Positions 36,939-45,984 of a stretch of 64,000 nucleotides of DNA are shown here, piece by piece (within the stretch, counting starts at the first letter, position 1; every line of letters begins with the position of its first letter). Location of the stretch: IMG/VR virus record IMGVR_UViG_3300045988_146982, positions 1 to 64,000 of that record. One strand, given 5' to 3'. The position numbers were made by a program, and so were the translations under genes. The stretch comes from a virus. Under the pieces are notes generated by a model. The model was not told the DNA's origin. It saw nothing but the letters and a program-made list of their open reading frames with translations, and made no database searches.

Positions 36939-37304
36939 TTATACACCTAACACTATATTAGCATCAATATTTAGCTTCCGGCTTATCTCACGAGCAACTT
37001 TTAAAGTAGGTTCACATTTACCGGATATATAATCACTTAGCCGTGATGGGCTGACACCAACCAACTTTGCAAGTGATTTTTGATTAAGCCCCATTTCGTA
37101 CATACGAAGTTTAAGAACATCCACAAGTGTTGGTTCTCCCAATGCAAAATGTTCTTCGGAATAATCAGCAACCAAATTAGAAAGAAGCTCCAATTCTATG
37201 CTATTTGGGTCATTCAAAGGAGTATCATCTTTCACTAATGGAAGAAGTTCCTCTACTCTTTTCACCGCCCATTCATATTGGGCTTGATTTTCTATCTTTG
37301 TCAT
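36939..37304 (-). CDS. higA: HigA-family antitoxin (XRE HTH)
   Basis: C-terminal HTH LNQKSLAKLVGVSPSRLSDYISGKCEPTLKVAREISRKL; directly downstream of higB. Confidence 0.8.
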   Translation of the reverse strand: MTKIENQAQYEWAVKRVEELLPLVKDDTPLNDPNSIELELLSNLVADYSEEHFALGEPTLVDVLKLRMYEMGLNQKSLAKLVGVSPSRLSDYISGKCEPTLKVAREISRKLNIDANIVLGV

Positions 37305-37308
37305 AATT

Positions 37309-37602
37309 CTAAATATTAGCGCAATCTATTTTATCATATTCTTTATGAGTACCAATAAAGCGAATATACACAAACTGAATAGTGAATTTAATCACTACTA
37401 CCAAACGATAGTTATTGCCTTTGATATTGAAAACATAGTGTTGATTACCTACATTATCAACGCTATTAAACGTTTTCTTAATATCGGCAAAACAGGTCCA
37501 CTTGCTTCTTTTCACAATGGTAGTCCATTCTTGCAAAGCGACCTTTGAATCGGGATGGTTCTCTGCATATTCTTTTAATGCTTGTTCGGTAAATATTCTC
37601 AT
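37309..37602 (-). CDS. higB: HigB-family mRNA-interferase toxin
   Basis: FNIKGNNYRLVVVIKF...VYIRFIGTHKEYDKI matches the HigB_toxin signature. Confidence 0.8.
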   Translation of the reverse strand: MRIFTEQALKEYAENHPDSKVALQEWTTIVKRSKWTCFADIKKTFNSVDNVGNQHYVFNIKGNNYRLVVVIKFTIQFVYIRFIGTHKEYDKIDCANI

Positions 37603-37687
37603 TGGTTACTCAATTATCGTGTGGCAAAAATACATATATAATTCTATAATTCAAAATTATATTCTAATATTTATAATTTAAAAGAGC

Positions 37688-37723
37688 AAAAAAAATAGCG
37701 GCAACTCTTTGAAGCCACCGCTA
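37688..37723 (-). terminator. intrinsic terminator after the portal gene
   Basis: Minus strand TAGCGGT...GCCGCTA stem followed by TTTTTTTT. Confidence 0.75.
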
Positions 37724-37768
37724 ACTATTTTTCTTATACTAAAACTATAAGTCCCGTAATTTTTCTAA

Positions 37769-39262
37769 CTAAGAGGCGTTTTTCTGTCCCTTATCTCCGA
37801 TTTGCTCATTCTTTGCTGCTTGTTCCTCTTTGATTTCTGCAAGTTCCTCTTCTACCCTATCAGCATTTCCGGCAAACATGATTCCCTCACGCGTTGACCA
37901 GATGCCACCACTGACAGCGGAAACGGCAGTAGTCACCTTATCATTCAAATCATCAATCATATATGGAACCAGTTCTGTATCTATGTCAATGGTCTGCGAT
38001 GCCTTGCTAAACTCGGTTGGATTGATAGAGCCTAAAGCGGAAACAATGAAATTTACTCTCCGCTGTAAAAACTCGCCGATAACCTCACCGTGATTTTCTA
38101 CCGCCATATGTGCACCCATGAACATAAAACGGAAAGCGGTTCCTGATGCTTTGCCTACCCCCTTCAACGTTTCAAAGGATATTCTTGGAGTGTTTGACAT
38201 ATCATAAGCCATATTGGTGAGTGTTTCTGCTTCAAAACGTACCGTATCCGGAACTTGGTTCCATGTCAGATATTGAGCATCCGCACCTTCACCTGTAAGT
38301 TTGACCATTCTATCCTTAACCTTACCCATGAAACCCTCTACATCTCCAATTAGCTTCAGCAATGGGAAGAAATGATAATCGATGCAATCAGCATAATTGG
38401 ATAACAGTTTTTCCAGCCGGACACGGAATGTCTTTATCTTCTTGCAATAAGGTTCTGGACGATAAGCATAGAGAACCGGTAGTTTTGGGAATCCATGAGC
38501 AAAAGGCGTTCTTTCTTCATACCCTTTAGACAAATCCCATTGATAAACCATTTTGTCCGTGATAGTCATAAAGCAGATGACCTCCGAATCATCCATGAGC
38601 TTCTTCTTGTACTCACGTGAGAAAGCAATCATTTTACCTTCGTCGTTAAAGAACGGGTATAGCTTATCACCTCTGAATGGAGACCATAACACGCTTTTCA
38701 GTTTCTTGGTGGGCTTGACCTTCCCCCCGAAAGAAGTCTTTATTTTCTTCCAAAACTTTGCCCAAAACGAATCATCATCGGTAACATACCAATATTCTGC
38801 CGCTTCCTGTTCGGAGAGCCAGGCACGGACAATCTTCTTGTTTTGATATTTGATTTTATTAGACTTGAATACAGCCTTTACCGCATCCAGCAGTTTTTTT
38901 TCATCATCATCGGTTGGAGTGCAATCCATAGACGGTTCTGTGCCGACCGTGAAAGCTGTTTGAATGTTCACTATATCTTGTTCCAATGGAATGGAAATAC
39001 GGTTCACCGGTTCAGTCTTATACTTTGCTTCGATTTCATAAGTCTTACCCGTTTTTTCATCGAAGTGCTTCTCTGCTTCTTTTTCAAGAACCTTTCTGTC
39101 CCGATATTTCTTTTTGTCAACCATGATTTCATGTCGTTCCGGATTCCAATCATCCCAAAGTTTGCAACGGTCGGGAAGTTCAGTCTTTCTACCTTTCTTC
39201 AGGTAGTTTATCTTCTGCCCGATGTCAGGCAATGCTAATATTTCTTCTAAATTCAATGGCAT
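37769..39262 (-). CDS. portal protein
   Basis: 497 aa immediately downstream of the large terminase. Confidence 0.75.
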   Translation of the reverse strand: MPLNLEEILALPDIGQKINYLKKGRKTELPDRCKLWDDWNPERHEIMVDKKKYRDRKVLEKEAEKHFDEKTGKTYEIEAKYKTEPVNRISIPLEQDIVNIQTAFTVGTEPSMDCTPTDDDEKKLLDAVKAVFKSNKIKYQNKKIVRAWLSEQEAAEYWYVTDDDSFWAKFWKKIKTSFGGKVKPTKKLKSVLWSPFRGDKLYPFFNDEGKMIAFSREYKKKLMDDSEVICFMTITDKMVYQWDLSKGYEERTPFAHGFPKLPVLYAYRPEPYCKKIKTFRVRLEKLLSNYADCIDYHFFPLLKLIGDVEGFMGKVKDRMVKLTGEGADAQYLTWNQVPDTVRFEAETLTNMAYDMSNTPRISFETLKGVGKASGTAFRFMFMGAHMAVENHGEVIGEFLQRRVNFIVSALGSINPTEFSKASQTIDIDTELVPYMIDDLNDKVTTAVSAVSGGIWSTREGIMFAGNADRVEEELAEIKEEQAAKNEQIGDKGQKNAS

Positions 39263-39273
39263 AGTTTATATTT

Positions 39274-40542
39274 TTAATGTGTGAATATTCCTGTTAAATC
39301 TTTCGGCTTCTGAATCTTACCAAGAAGCTCACCCAATACATAGTAACGTACAGCATCTATTCCGTGATTGTCATGGTCTTCCGGTTCGTTGATATAGTTC
39401 CCGTCCTTATCCTTTGCCCAAACATACTTTCTGAACTCGCTTTGCAAGTTGTACGAGCGTTTGGTTATATAAATCTCCATATCTTTCATTTTATCAATTC
39501 CGGCATTGATAGAGCCTGCACCTTTCTCTACGGCATATATCTTGATTCCTCCGTTGTGTATCTCTTGAATCAATCGAGGATCTGCGCTGTCAGCTATGAC
39601 TTTCAATCCCCACGGGCGAAGAGTCTTGATGATATCAGAAGAAAGCAATCCAGTACGGTAATCCACTTCATCCAAGTAAAGGGCGTTATCAACGATACCA
39701 CAACGAATGGAAGCAGACGGGTCATGCGTATAACCGAAGTCTTGCCCGAAAGCAACTTTCTTTGCCCAAGCCGGAAACTCGTCAACAATGCCCCACTTCT
39801 TGAACACAGCACCTTCCGCCACGTCTGCCCAACGGCCGATAACCACATGAGCATACTTTTCAGGATTACTCACCTTCATATCTTCCACCTCTTTCAGGAA
39901 CTCAGGAGAAAGGTTATCCAAGTTATCAAAATACGTAGTATGGATATGGAGCACATTCGGATGAGTGGAAATCTGAACCTGCACACCATCAATCTCTACC
40001 AGCTTGTGAGTTTTCTCAATGTATTTTTTGTAGATGAAGTGATTGGAATCGCACGGGTTCATAATGATGATAATCCGGTTCTGAATACCCTTCTTGCGAA
40101 TGGAGAGCATTATCTTGTCGAACTCATCTTCGTTTGTCCACTCTTCCGCTTCATCGCAGACGAAAGTCGTAATGCCTTGAATGGATTTCAGTTTTGCTGT
40201 CTGGTTCCCGGAAGAAGTCTTGATACCCCGGAACATGATACGGCTCTTAGTCATCTTATTGACTATGTCCGTCTTTGTGGTCTTGAAATATTTCGTGGTA
40301 CCGTCCAAATCTATCTTCTCCATCATTTCGGGGATGATAGACATACCGGCAGAAACCATCGTGTAACGGGTGTAAAGAATCTGATGCACAATCTTCTCTA
40401 CAGGAGTCATTTCAAAAGTCAACCGCTCAATAAAAGTAGAAGCATTGAAAGACTTTCCGCTACCACGCCCACCGGTGATAAGAATTATAAATTTTTCCTT
40501 ATCCTCATATAATGGATGGTAAATTTCTTGAGGTACTATCAT
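39274..40542 (-). CDS. terL: terminase large subunit
   Basis: Walker A ILITGGRGSGKS near the N-terminus; 422 aa; 4-nt overlap with the small subunit. Confidence 0.9.
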   Translation of the reverse strand: MIVPQEIYHPLYEDKEKFIILITGGRGSGKSFNASTFIERLTFEMTPVEKIVHQILYTRYTMVSAGMSIIPEMMEKIDLDGTTKYFKTTKTDIVNKMTKSRIMFRGIKTSSGNQTAKLKSIQGITTFVCDEAEEWTNEDEFDKIMLSIRKKGIQNRIIIIMNPCDSNHFIYKKYIEKTHKLVEIDGVQVQISTHPNVLHIHTTYFDNLDNLSPEFLKEVEDMKVSNPEKYAHVVIGRWADVAEGAVFKKWGIVDEFPAWAKKVAFGQDFGYTHDPSASIRCGIVDNALYLDEVDYRTGLLSSDIIKTLRPWGLKVIADSADPRLIQEIHNGGIKIYAVEKGAGSINAGIDKMKDMEIYITKRSYNLQSEFRKYVWAKDKDGNYINEPEDHDNHGIDAVRYYVLGELLGKIQKPKDLTGIFTH

Positions 40543-41054
40543 TTCAGCTTGTCTTTAATCCAGGAATCAATGTTGATGCCGTGCTCTATGTCTGTTGGAA
40601 TATCAGCATCTTCATCCTGCTTGCGTTCAATCTTTCTCCAATCTTCATCATGGTGGTACAGCCAAACGGACATTGCTTGCAAATTAGGAGCCAACTCGCT
40701 TTCGCTAACTTGTAATTCATCTTCGCCCGTCAAATTTCCCTCTGAATCACGGAGCTTTCTTACCACGGTGCTTTTGGTTTTTATGCCACCGAGAGCCATT
40801 GCAAGGAATTTAGCCCTTACAGTGGCATTGATTGTCGCGCGCCCACGCGCTAATACATCGGTTATCTCCGAATATTTTGACTTCATTTCGTAGAAGTATG
40901 TCGGATTCAATCCGAGTGCAAAAGCGATTTCTTTGTCCGTGAATCCCTTTTTAGCATACGTTTCTACCTGAGAAAGAAAGTCCTCGCTCTTGTAGTCGAA
41001 TTTTGGCTTTCTTCCTCCTGGATGTTTCTTATGTTGAGATTCACCATTGCTCAT
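40539..41054 (-). CDS. terS: terminase small subunit (HTH)
   Basis: 171 aa, basic N-terminus and HTH (GFTDKEIAFALGLNPTYFYEM), coupled to terL. Confidence 0.6.
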   Translation of the reverse strand: MSNGESQHKKHPGGRKPKFDYKSEDFLSQVETYAKKGFTDKEIAFALGLNPTYFYEMKSKYSEITDVLARGRATINATVRAKFLAMALGGIKTKSTVVRKLRDSEGNLTGEDELQVSESELAPNLQAMSVWLYHHDEDWRKIERKQDEDADIPTDIEHGINIDSWIKDKLK

Positions 41055-41055
41055 A

Positions 41056-41193
41056 TCATTTATTCTTTAATTTTCCGCATTTATCACATTGTTCGTAGCG
41101 AAAATCTAAATTCCCTTTCCAAACATAATGGTGAACGCAGAAGAAGTTCTGTTTTAAATATCGCTTTAACCAAAGGATAAAATCTCCAAACAT
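41056..41193 (-). CDS. small Cys/His protein (45 aa)
   Basis: My translation: MFGDFILWLKRYLKQNFFCVHHYVWKGNLDFRYEQCDKCGKLKNK; exactly fills the gap between parB-like and terS. Confidence 0.4.
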   Translation of the reverse strand: MFGDFILWLKRYLKQNFFCVHHYVWKGNLDFRYEQCDKCGKLKNK

Positions 41194-41195
41194 TT

Positions 41196-41945
41196 TTATT
41201 CAATTCTTTCTACTTGTTCATCGAATACTTCTCCCTTTATGAACTTCATATCAGGGTCATAACCGAACCTTTCGCAGAATGCGGCTTTAGCTTCATAGGT
41301 ATCAAAGGACAATATCACATAGGCATCCATGTTCTCGGCTTGCTTCTGTGCGTTTTCTTTCACCTGATGCTTGACCTCTTTCATGTGGGCAACCTTTTCG
41401 GCACGTTCCAACTGCTTGGCGGCTTTATCGGCTTCTTTCTGTTCGGAAACTGGGACCATCATATCAGACAAAGCATCCGCAATAGAGTTTTCCTCTTCGG
41501 TCTGCAAAAGATAGTCAACACCAATCATATTCAAGTCGGCATCAGTCAGTCCTGCATCTTTCCAGTCAATATCAGGAACAATACGGGCAAGAGCGTCAAA
41601 ATCCCATGTGCCTTGTGCATTCGGGTTGTTCATTAAAATATTCAACTCCTTTTCCTGCTGCTCGTTCACATCTATGACATCGACACGAATGCGGTAGTCG
41701 TTATCGGGAAACTTTTGCAATTCGTCCATGACAGACAAACGCTGGTGCCCGCTGACTACGGTAAGACCTGTACGCTTGTTCACGACAATTCCACCGACTA
41801 AACCAAACTTCTTGATGCCACGTTTCAGTGTCTTACGTGATTCATCGGAAAGTTTCCGGGGGTTATAATCTGCAAAGTGAATGGCAGAACGATTAAGTTC
41901 CATCGATTCACTCTTTATGTATTTTGACAATTCCATATCATCCAT
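41196..41945 (-). CDS. ParB N-terminal (sulfiredoxin-like) nuclease-domain protein
   Basis: VVSGHQRLSVM motif (GxxR box). Confidence 0.7.
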   Translation of the reverse strand: MDDMELSKYIKSESMELNRSAIHFADYNPRKLSDESRKTLKRGIKKFGLVGGIVVNKRTGLTVVSGHQRLSVMDELQKFPDNDYRIRVDVIDVNEQQEKELNILMNNPNAQGTWDFDALARIVPDIDWKDAGLTDADLNMIGVDYLLQTEEENSIADALSDMMVPVSEQKEADKAAKQLERAEKVAHMKEVKHQVKENAQKQAENMDAYVILSFDTYEAKAAFCERFGYDPDMKFIKGEVFDEQVERIE

Positions 41946-42156
41946 TAGTTAAACCCATATAAATTCTTCGAGATACTTTTCTTGCGCCATCTTGTTGTTT
42001 CCCCTCATTATACCCAAAGGTTCGTTCAATGTATCGAATATACTTTCTTGCCATAGAGTTTACTCTGTTCAGCCTATTACCCGTTAAAGTACGAGATAGT
42101 CTGTATCTTTGCTCTGCAATATCATCAATTGATTTTCTTCTGACTCGGCTTTCCTT

Positions 42157-42834
42157 CTATTGCTTTTGTTGATTATTATACTCCCAAAGCACCCTTTCAG
42201 CCATTGGGAAAACTTTGTAAATTCTCTGTAAATCTTGCGGGTAATTATTCTCCATCCAAAGCATACAATCAAGATTGAAACCTACTCCCGAACTGGCTTT
42301 CAATGAATATCGAACTGGTTCGGGTAATTTGTGCTGTCTCATATAAGCAAGAATGTCCTTTTGTGTCCAATCAGCCAAAGGATAAACCATACCGTTATTC
42401 TCGTAACCGTTTACCTCATACCCTTTCAGCATAAGCCTGCGGTTCATACCATCAGCTTTTTTCATGCCCAAGAATGTATAATAAACTCCATGAGTAAGCT
42501 GCATAGCCTTTACCACATCTGCCAACTTCAATAGCTTTACTTTCGGATTAGGCACGCAATACATACCTCCACGAAGAATATAAGTAAGATTCCAGTGAGG
42601 CACTTGCACAAACTCAATCTTTGGATATTTGACTTTAGTCCAGCCAATCCATCGGTTAATGTGCTCCAAATTCTTGACAAAGTACATGAACACACAAACA
42701 ATCCGGTCAAACTTCGGATAGATTAAATCAAGCAGAACAAGCGAATCTTTGCCAAGTGATAAAAACAGTAAAGCCTCATTCGATTTTACCCGAATGAGGT
42801 CTATATACCGGTTCGCTTGTTCTACCTTGCTCAT
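42157..42834 (-). CDS. PAPS-reductase-family (PP-loop ATPase) protein
   Basis: PP-loop-like LSLGKDSLVLLDL near the N-terminus. Confidence 0.65.
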   Translation of the reverse strand: MSKVEQANRYIDLIRVKSNEALLFLSLGKDSLVLLDLIYPKFDRIVCVFMYFVKNLEHINRWIGWTKVKYPKIEFVQVPHWNLTYILRGGMYCVPNPKVKLLKLADVVKAMQLTHGVYYTFLGMKKADGMNRRLMLKGYEVNGYENNGMVYPLADWTQKDILAYMRQHKLPEPVRYSLKASSGVGFNLDCMLWMENNYPQDLQRIYKVFPMAERVLWEYNNQQKQ

Positions 42835-43036
42835 AGCTAACCACCGCTTAAACCAAATGAAGTACGAAGGTCACTATAACGCTGTCTGCGTGACCCCAAC
42901 TGTGATGTACCAGCTTCACCGCCACGTCTGGCAACCAATCTACCACCAGCCCCGGCACCGTTCATATTTCTGCGAGGCCCGGCTACTCTGTTAATTCTTC
43001 TTGCGACTCTGCTTTCTAATTTTAAAAGTTGAACAA

Positions 43037-43426
43037 TTAGTCTATATGTTTCTCTAATATCTTACCCAAGGTATAATCCATTTGGGCTGCGAGATATTCT
43101 TCACCTTGATGTTCGTAAACGATATCATTACCGTTTTCATCTGTGAGAATTACTGCTTCTGCGTTCTTTACCTCTACAATGATATAAGGACGTTTACCTA
43201 TATATGCACCTGTCAGAAGCTTGATTGCATCGTACTTGATAGGCTTTAATTCTATTTCACCCTCTTCAGGCAGTTCTGCATCAGCCAGATATTCTTTACC
43301 GCCACATAGGTAAGTGATATACTTCTTAGCGTTGGTTGGTCTGATTTCACGGTATTCGTGGGTTTTCTTGCCTGCCAAGATTTCATCGAAATACTTCTGT
43401 TTGATGCTTAATGTAAGAATGTTCAT
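43037..43426 (-). CDS. ASCH (PUA-like) domain protein
   Basis: LSIKQKYFDEILAGKKTHEYREIR is a typical ASCH N-terminus. Confidence 0.65.
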   Translation of the reverse strand: MNILTLSIKQKYFDEILAGKKTHEYREIRPTNAKKYITYLCGGKEYLADAELPEEGEIELKPIKYDAIKLLTGAYIGKRPYIIVEVKNAEAVILTDENGNDIVYEHQGEEYLAAQMDYTLGKILEKHID

Positions 43427-43458
43427 AATCGTGTCAAATTTAAATTAATACTCAATAG

Positions 43459-43530
43459 TTGCGGGGGGCTGAATCGAACAACCGACCTTCACCAAGTCAA
43501 AGTGAAAAGCTACCACTGCTACACCCCGCG
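43459..43530 (-). tRNA. tRNA with initiator-type body and GAC (Val) anticodon
   Basis: CGCGGGG-TG-TAGC-AGTGGTA-GCTT-T-TCACT-TTGACTT-GGTGA-AGGTC-GGTTG-TTCGATT-CAGCC-CCCCGCA-A; C1.A72 mismatch, A11:T24. Confidence 0.65.
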
Positions 43531-43557
43531 ATAGTACCCCAAAGGTACTACCACAAC

Positions 43558-43565
43558 CAAAGATA
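43558..43565 (-). promoter_or_regulatory. -7 promoter box TATCTTTG (minus strand)
   Basis: Perfect TAnnTTTG ~28 nt upstream of the tRNA 5' end and ~39 nt from the centre of IR copy c. Confidence 0.6.
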
Positions 43566-43588
43566 ACGAAATATCTTCAATCGTTATA

Positions 43589-43612
43589 CACGACAATCGG
43601 CTTATTGTCGTG
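43589..43612. promoter_or_regulatory. perfect inverted repeat CACGACAAT-N6-ATTGTCGTG, copy c
   Basis: 9-bp arms, spacer cggctt; overlaps the stop of 43602..43808. Confidence 0.7.
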
Positions 43613-43808
43613 AACTAAGCCATTTGTCCCGTCTTTCTCTACACGCCTCTAAGGTAGGCGCACAACAAGCAAAGAATTCACCACTTTCAGTACGGTAGTC
43701 GTACTGGTACATTCTCACTCTTTTACCTCTCAACCTGGTGTTGTAGGTGGTGTAATTTTCTTTACCGGGTTGACATACGCTGCAACCGTTTACATTTATT
43801 GAGTTCAT
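43602..43808 (-). CDS. DUF3873-like small protein
   Basis: QYDYRTESGEFFACCAPTLEACRERRDKWL resembles Bacteroides DUF3873 proteins. Confidence 0.6.
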   Translation of the reverse strand: MNSINVNGCSVCQPGKENYTTYNTRLRGKRVRMYQYDYRTESGEFFACCAPTLEACRERRDKWLSSRQ

Positions 43809-43945
43809 AATTCAAGTAATTGTTTCGTTTTATCCACGTCTACAAAACTCGTCCACCCTGCTTTATGCAGTTTTATAGCTGCCTCTCTGATTGTGATTTT
43901 ACCACTCTTGACACTTTCTTTCAAAGATTCTAATACATTCTTCAT
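43805..43945 (-). CDS. small hypothetical protein (46 aa)
   Basis: My translation: MKNVLESLKESVKSGKITIREAAIKLHKAGWTSFVDVDKTKQLLEL; ATGA overlap with the next gene. Confidence 0.5.
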   Translation of the reverse strand: MKNVLESLKESVKSGKITIREAAIKLHKAGWTSFVDVDKTKQLLEL

Positions 43946-43947
43946 TC

Positions 43948-44148
43948 TTAATTCATTTTCACATTCAATCTTTCTTCACTCGTATAAGCCACTACAAGCC
44001 CTGTTTCATCATGCTGTATGGTGATGCACTTTTCACCCCTCTCTATAGTAGAGAAGTCATAAGGGGTTACCATCTTACCCAATACCTTGCCCAGTTGCTT
44101 CATCAGTGGGGCTTCAGGGCTGATAACTAAAACTAAATCTGCTTTCAT
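43948..44148 (-). CDS. hypothetical protein
   Basis: ORF 43948..44172; ATG 44148 carries the ACACGATTATG start context. Confidence 0.55.
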   Translation of the reverse strand: MKADLVLVISPEAPLMKQLGKVLGKMVTPYDFSTIERGEKCITIQHDETGLVVAYTSEERLNVKMN

Positions 44149-44184
44149 AATCGTGTATATTGTGGCAGCCATAAGGCTACCGGA

Positions 44185-44442
44185 TTAGAACTCAACCAAT
44201 ATCAATCTTTCTAAAGAACCTGATGCTTTCACCCACATATGATTATGTCCGAAACCATAATCGAAAAACAGTTTAAAATAAGGGTATCTTACTATTAAAG
44301 AGTTCATACAGCCTCTTAACTCGTCTTCTGACATACAAGAAGTTATTTCATTGATTATTTGAACGAAAAGATATAAAACTTCTGGTTCATTATTCAATAA
44401 CGGTTTTTCTATAACTGCTTTTAAAAATATATTTTCTTTCAT
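44185..44442 (-). CDS. hypothetical protein
   Basis: 85-aa ORF. Confidence 0.55.
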   Translation of the reverse strand: MKENIFLKAVIEKPLLNNEPEVLYLFVQIINEITSCMSEDELRGCMNSLIVRYPYFKLFFDYGFGHNHMWVKASGSLERLILVEF

Positions 44443-44484
44443 ATCCTTCTATATTGCGCAGGGCTTTCGCCCTGCTGGTTAAAC

Positions 44485-44664
44485 TCAGTTTATTTCGTAA
44501 TAAGGTTGCTCGCCTCTAATAACTCTCTTTGCATCTGCAATGCTATCATACAGCTTTGATTCGTCATTATCTATGATTACAAATTCTTGATGAAAGCCAT
44601 CTTCAAACACTGTTATTATGTGGCCTTTGTAACTTACTTCTCTGATGATATTCTTTGTTGTCAT
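44485..44664 (-). CDS. small hypothetical protein (59 aa)
   Basis: My translation: MTTKNIIREVSYKGHIITVFEDGFHQEFVIIDNDESKLYDSIADAKRVIRGEQPYYEIN; TACGATTATG start context. Confidence 0.5.
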   Translation of the reverse strand: MTTKNIIREVSYKGHIITVFEDGFHQEFVIIDNDESKLYDSIADAKRVIRGEQPYYEIN

Positions 44665-44799
44665 AATCGTATATCTTTTAATTGTTATTACTTCTTGTTT
44701 GATGATGCAAAAATAGTATTATTTATAATACAAAATACTATTTACACGTTAATAAATCATAAATTACAGTCTTATTTATAATACATACTAATAAATAAG

Positions 44800-44807
44800 T
44801 ATTTTTG
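44800..44807 (+). promoter_or_regulatory. -7 box TATTTTTG only 4 nt before ATG 44812 (leaderless transcript candidate)
   Basis: Perfect TAnnTTTG at 44800-44807; ATG at 44812. Confidence 0.5.
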
Positions 44808-44811
44808 CATC

Positions 44812-45039
44812 ATGGAAGCAAAAGGAGTAATACACTTAGAAATTAAGGCTACCGGATTGCATAGGTATTTCGGTTCGCCATCGGCTATGTATGACAACTA
44901 TACAAGCCAAGAATTAGGAATAGCTCGACAATCACTGCTGAATTATTGGCAGAAAACAGAAGAGCCCTATGAAAATGCTATTTGTATTATTAGAAGGGGA
45001 GAATTAGAACGAAAAACTAAATTAAAAAAGGAGGTATAA
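44812..45039 (+). CDS. hypothetical protein (opposite-strand moron)
   Basis: 75-aa ORF. Confidence 0.55.
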   Translation: MEAKGVIHLEIKATGLHRYFGSPSAMYDNYTSQELGIARQSLLNYWQKTEEPYENAICIIRRGELERKTKLKKEV

Positions 45040-45040
45040 T

Positions 45041-45226
45041 ATGGGATTATTTAGTGAAGAATTTGAAAAAGAAGAAAGAGATTTTTTAAAACAAACTAAT
45101 GGAAAAATTTCTCTTGAAGAGATTGCGCATATTCGTAAAAAATACGAGCATAATTTCAATTCAAATAGAGATAATTTTAACAAGTTTAAAAAGGAGGTTA
45201 TGAAAAAGATAAAGCCGGAGCAATAA
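45041..45226 (+). CDS. hypothetical protein
   Basis: 61-aa ORF preceded by the strong SD AAGGAGGT. Confidence 0.5.
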   Translation: MGLFSEEFEKEERDFLKQTNGKISLEEIAHIRKKYEHNFNSNRDNFNKFKKEVMKKIKPEQ

Positions 45227-45235
45227 ACTCCAGCT

Positions 45236-45673
45236 TCAATTGATTAGCCCTTTGAATCTTAACCGATTTACGATTTTGGTGTAAAGATACTCTATATCCC
45301 CGCTGAAATCCCCATAATTCTGATACAGAAACACGACATCAGCGCAGTTGTCGGAAATTGTACTCTTGGACTGAACCCCAAGTACCCTTGACATCTCTTC
45401 GCGTAACCCAGCTGTCATTTTCCCACCGGCAAGCGAACTTGGAGAAAACAGGTACAGGATAATGAAAATGAACTTTTTCCGCTGGGTAACACTGTCAATA
45501 TTCGGTGGACATCCTCTCTCATTCAGTAGCTCAACAAATATTTTATAGATATCCCTAATAAGGCTTTTATCTCTCAAAATCGGTGAAGCTAAGGTATTTT
45601 CTTCTTCTGAAAGTTCTGATTTCTCAATTCTAATTTTTTTAAGACGAATTATTTTGTTAAAATCCAGTGCCAT
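45236..45673 (-). CDS. hypothetical protein
   Basis: 145-aa ORF. Confidence 0.55.
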   Translation of the reverse strand: MALDFNKIIRLKKIRIEKSELSEEENTLASPILRDKSLIRDIYKIFVELLNERGCPPNIDSVTQRKKFIFIILYLFSPSSLAGGKMTAGLREEMSRVLGVQSKSTISDNCADVVFLYQNYGDFSGDIEYLYTKIVNRLRFKGLIN

Positions 45674-45735
45674 AACACGATTATTTTAAAAATAAATAGT
45701 ATATTTGCATCATAATCGTGTAAGAAAGAGCTGAT

Positions 45736-45984
45736 TCATGGTCGTGCGTGGGTTGGCTCTTTTTCATTCATGCTGACGAATGGTTTCTTTTCCAAATCAT
45801 AGCAGGTGATATATACCCGTTTTCCATTGACATCACATAGAGCAAGGGCATATCCTTTCTCTAGTATTTTAACCAGCTGATTATCGCAATAGACAGTACT
45901 TCCAACCGGAACTCTTATAAAATGACGTACTATCATTTGATTATCTTTAGCTTGTTGTACCAGTGTGAAGCGAAAGGAAACCAC
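45736..45984 (-). CDS. hypothetical protein
   Basis: 82-aa ORF. Confidence 0.5.
   Translation of the reverse strand: MVSFRFTLVQQAKDNQMIVRHFIRVPVGSTVYCDNQLVKILEKGYALALCDVNGKRVYITCYDLEKKPFVSMNEKEPTHARP

Noticed and set aside
39364-40512. 382-aa plus-strand ORF
   Set aside because: It is fully antisense to the large terminase, which has a Walker A motif and correct operon context. The open frame is an AT/GC-skew artefact.
42749-42994. Plus-strand ORF 42749..42994, and the 38-codon minus-strand ORF at 41938..42054
   Set aside because: The plus ORF is antisense to the PAPS-reductase gene start and to an Arg/Gly-rich minus-strand frame. The short minus ORFs are plausible but too short to support without comparative data.
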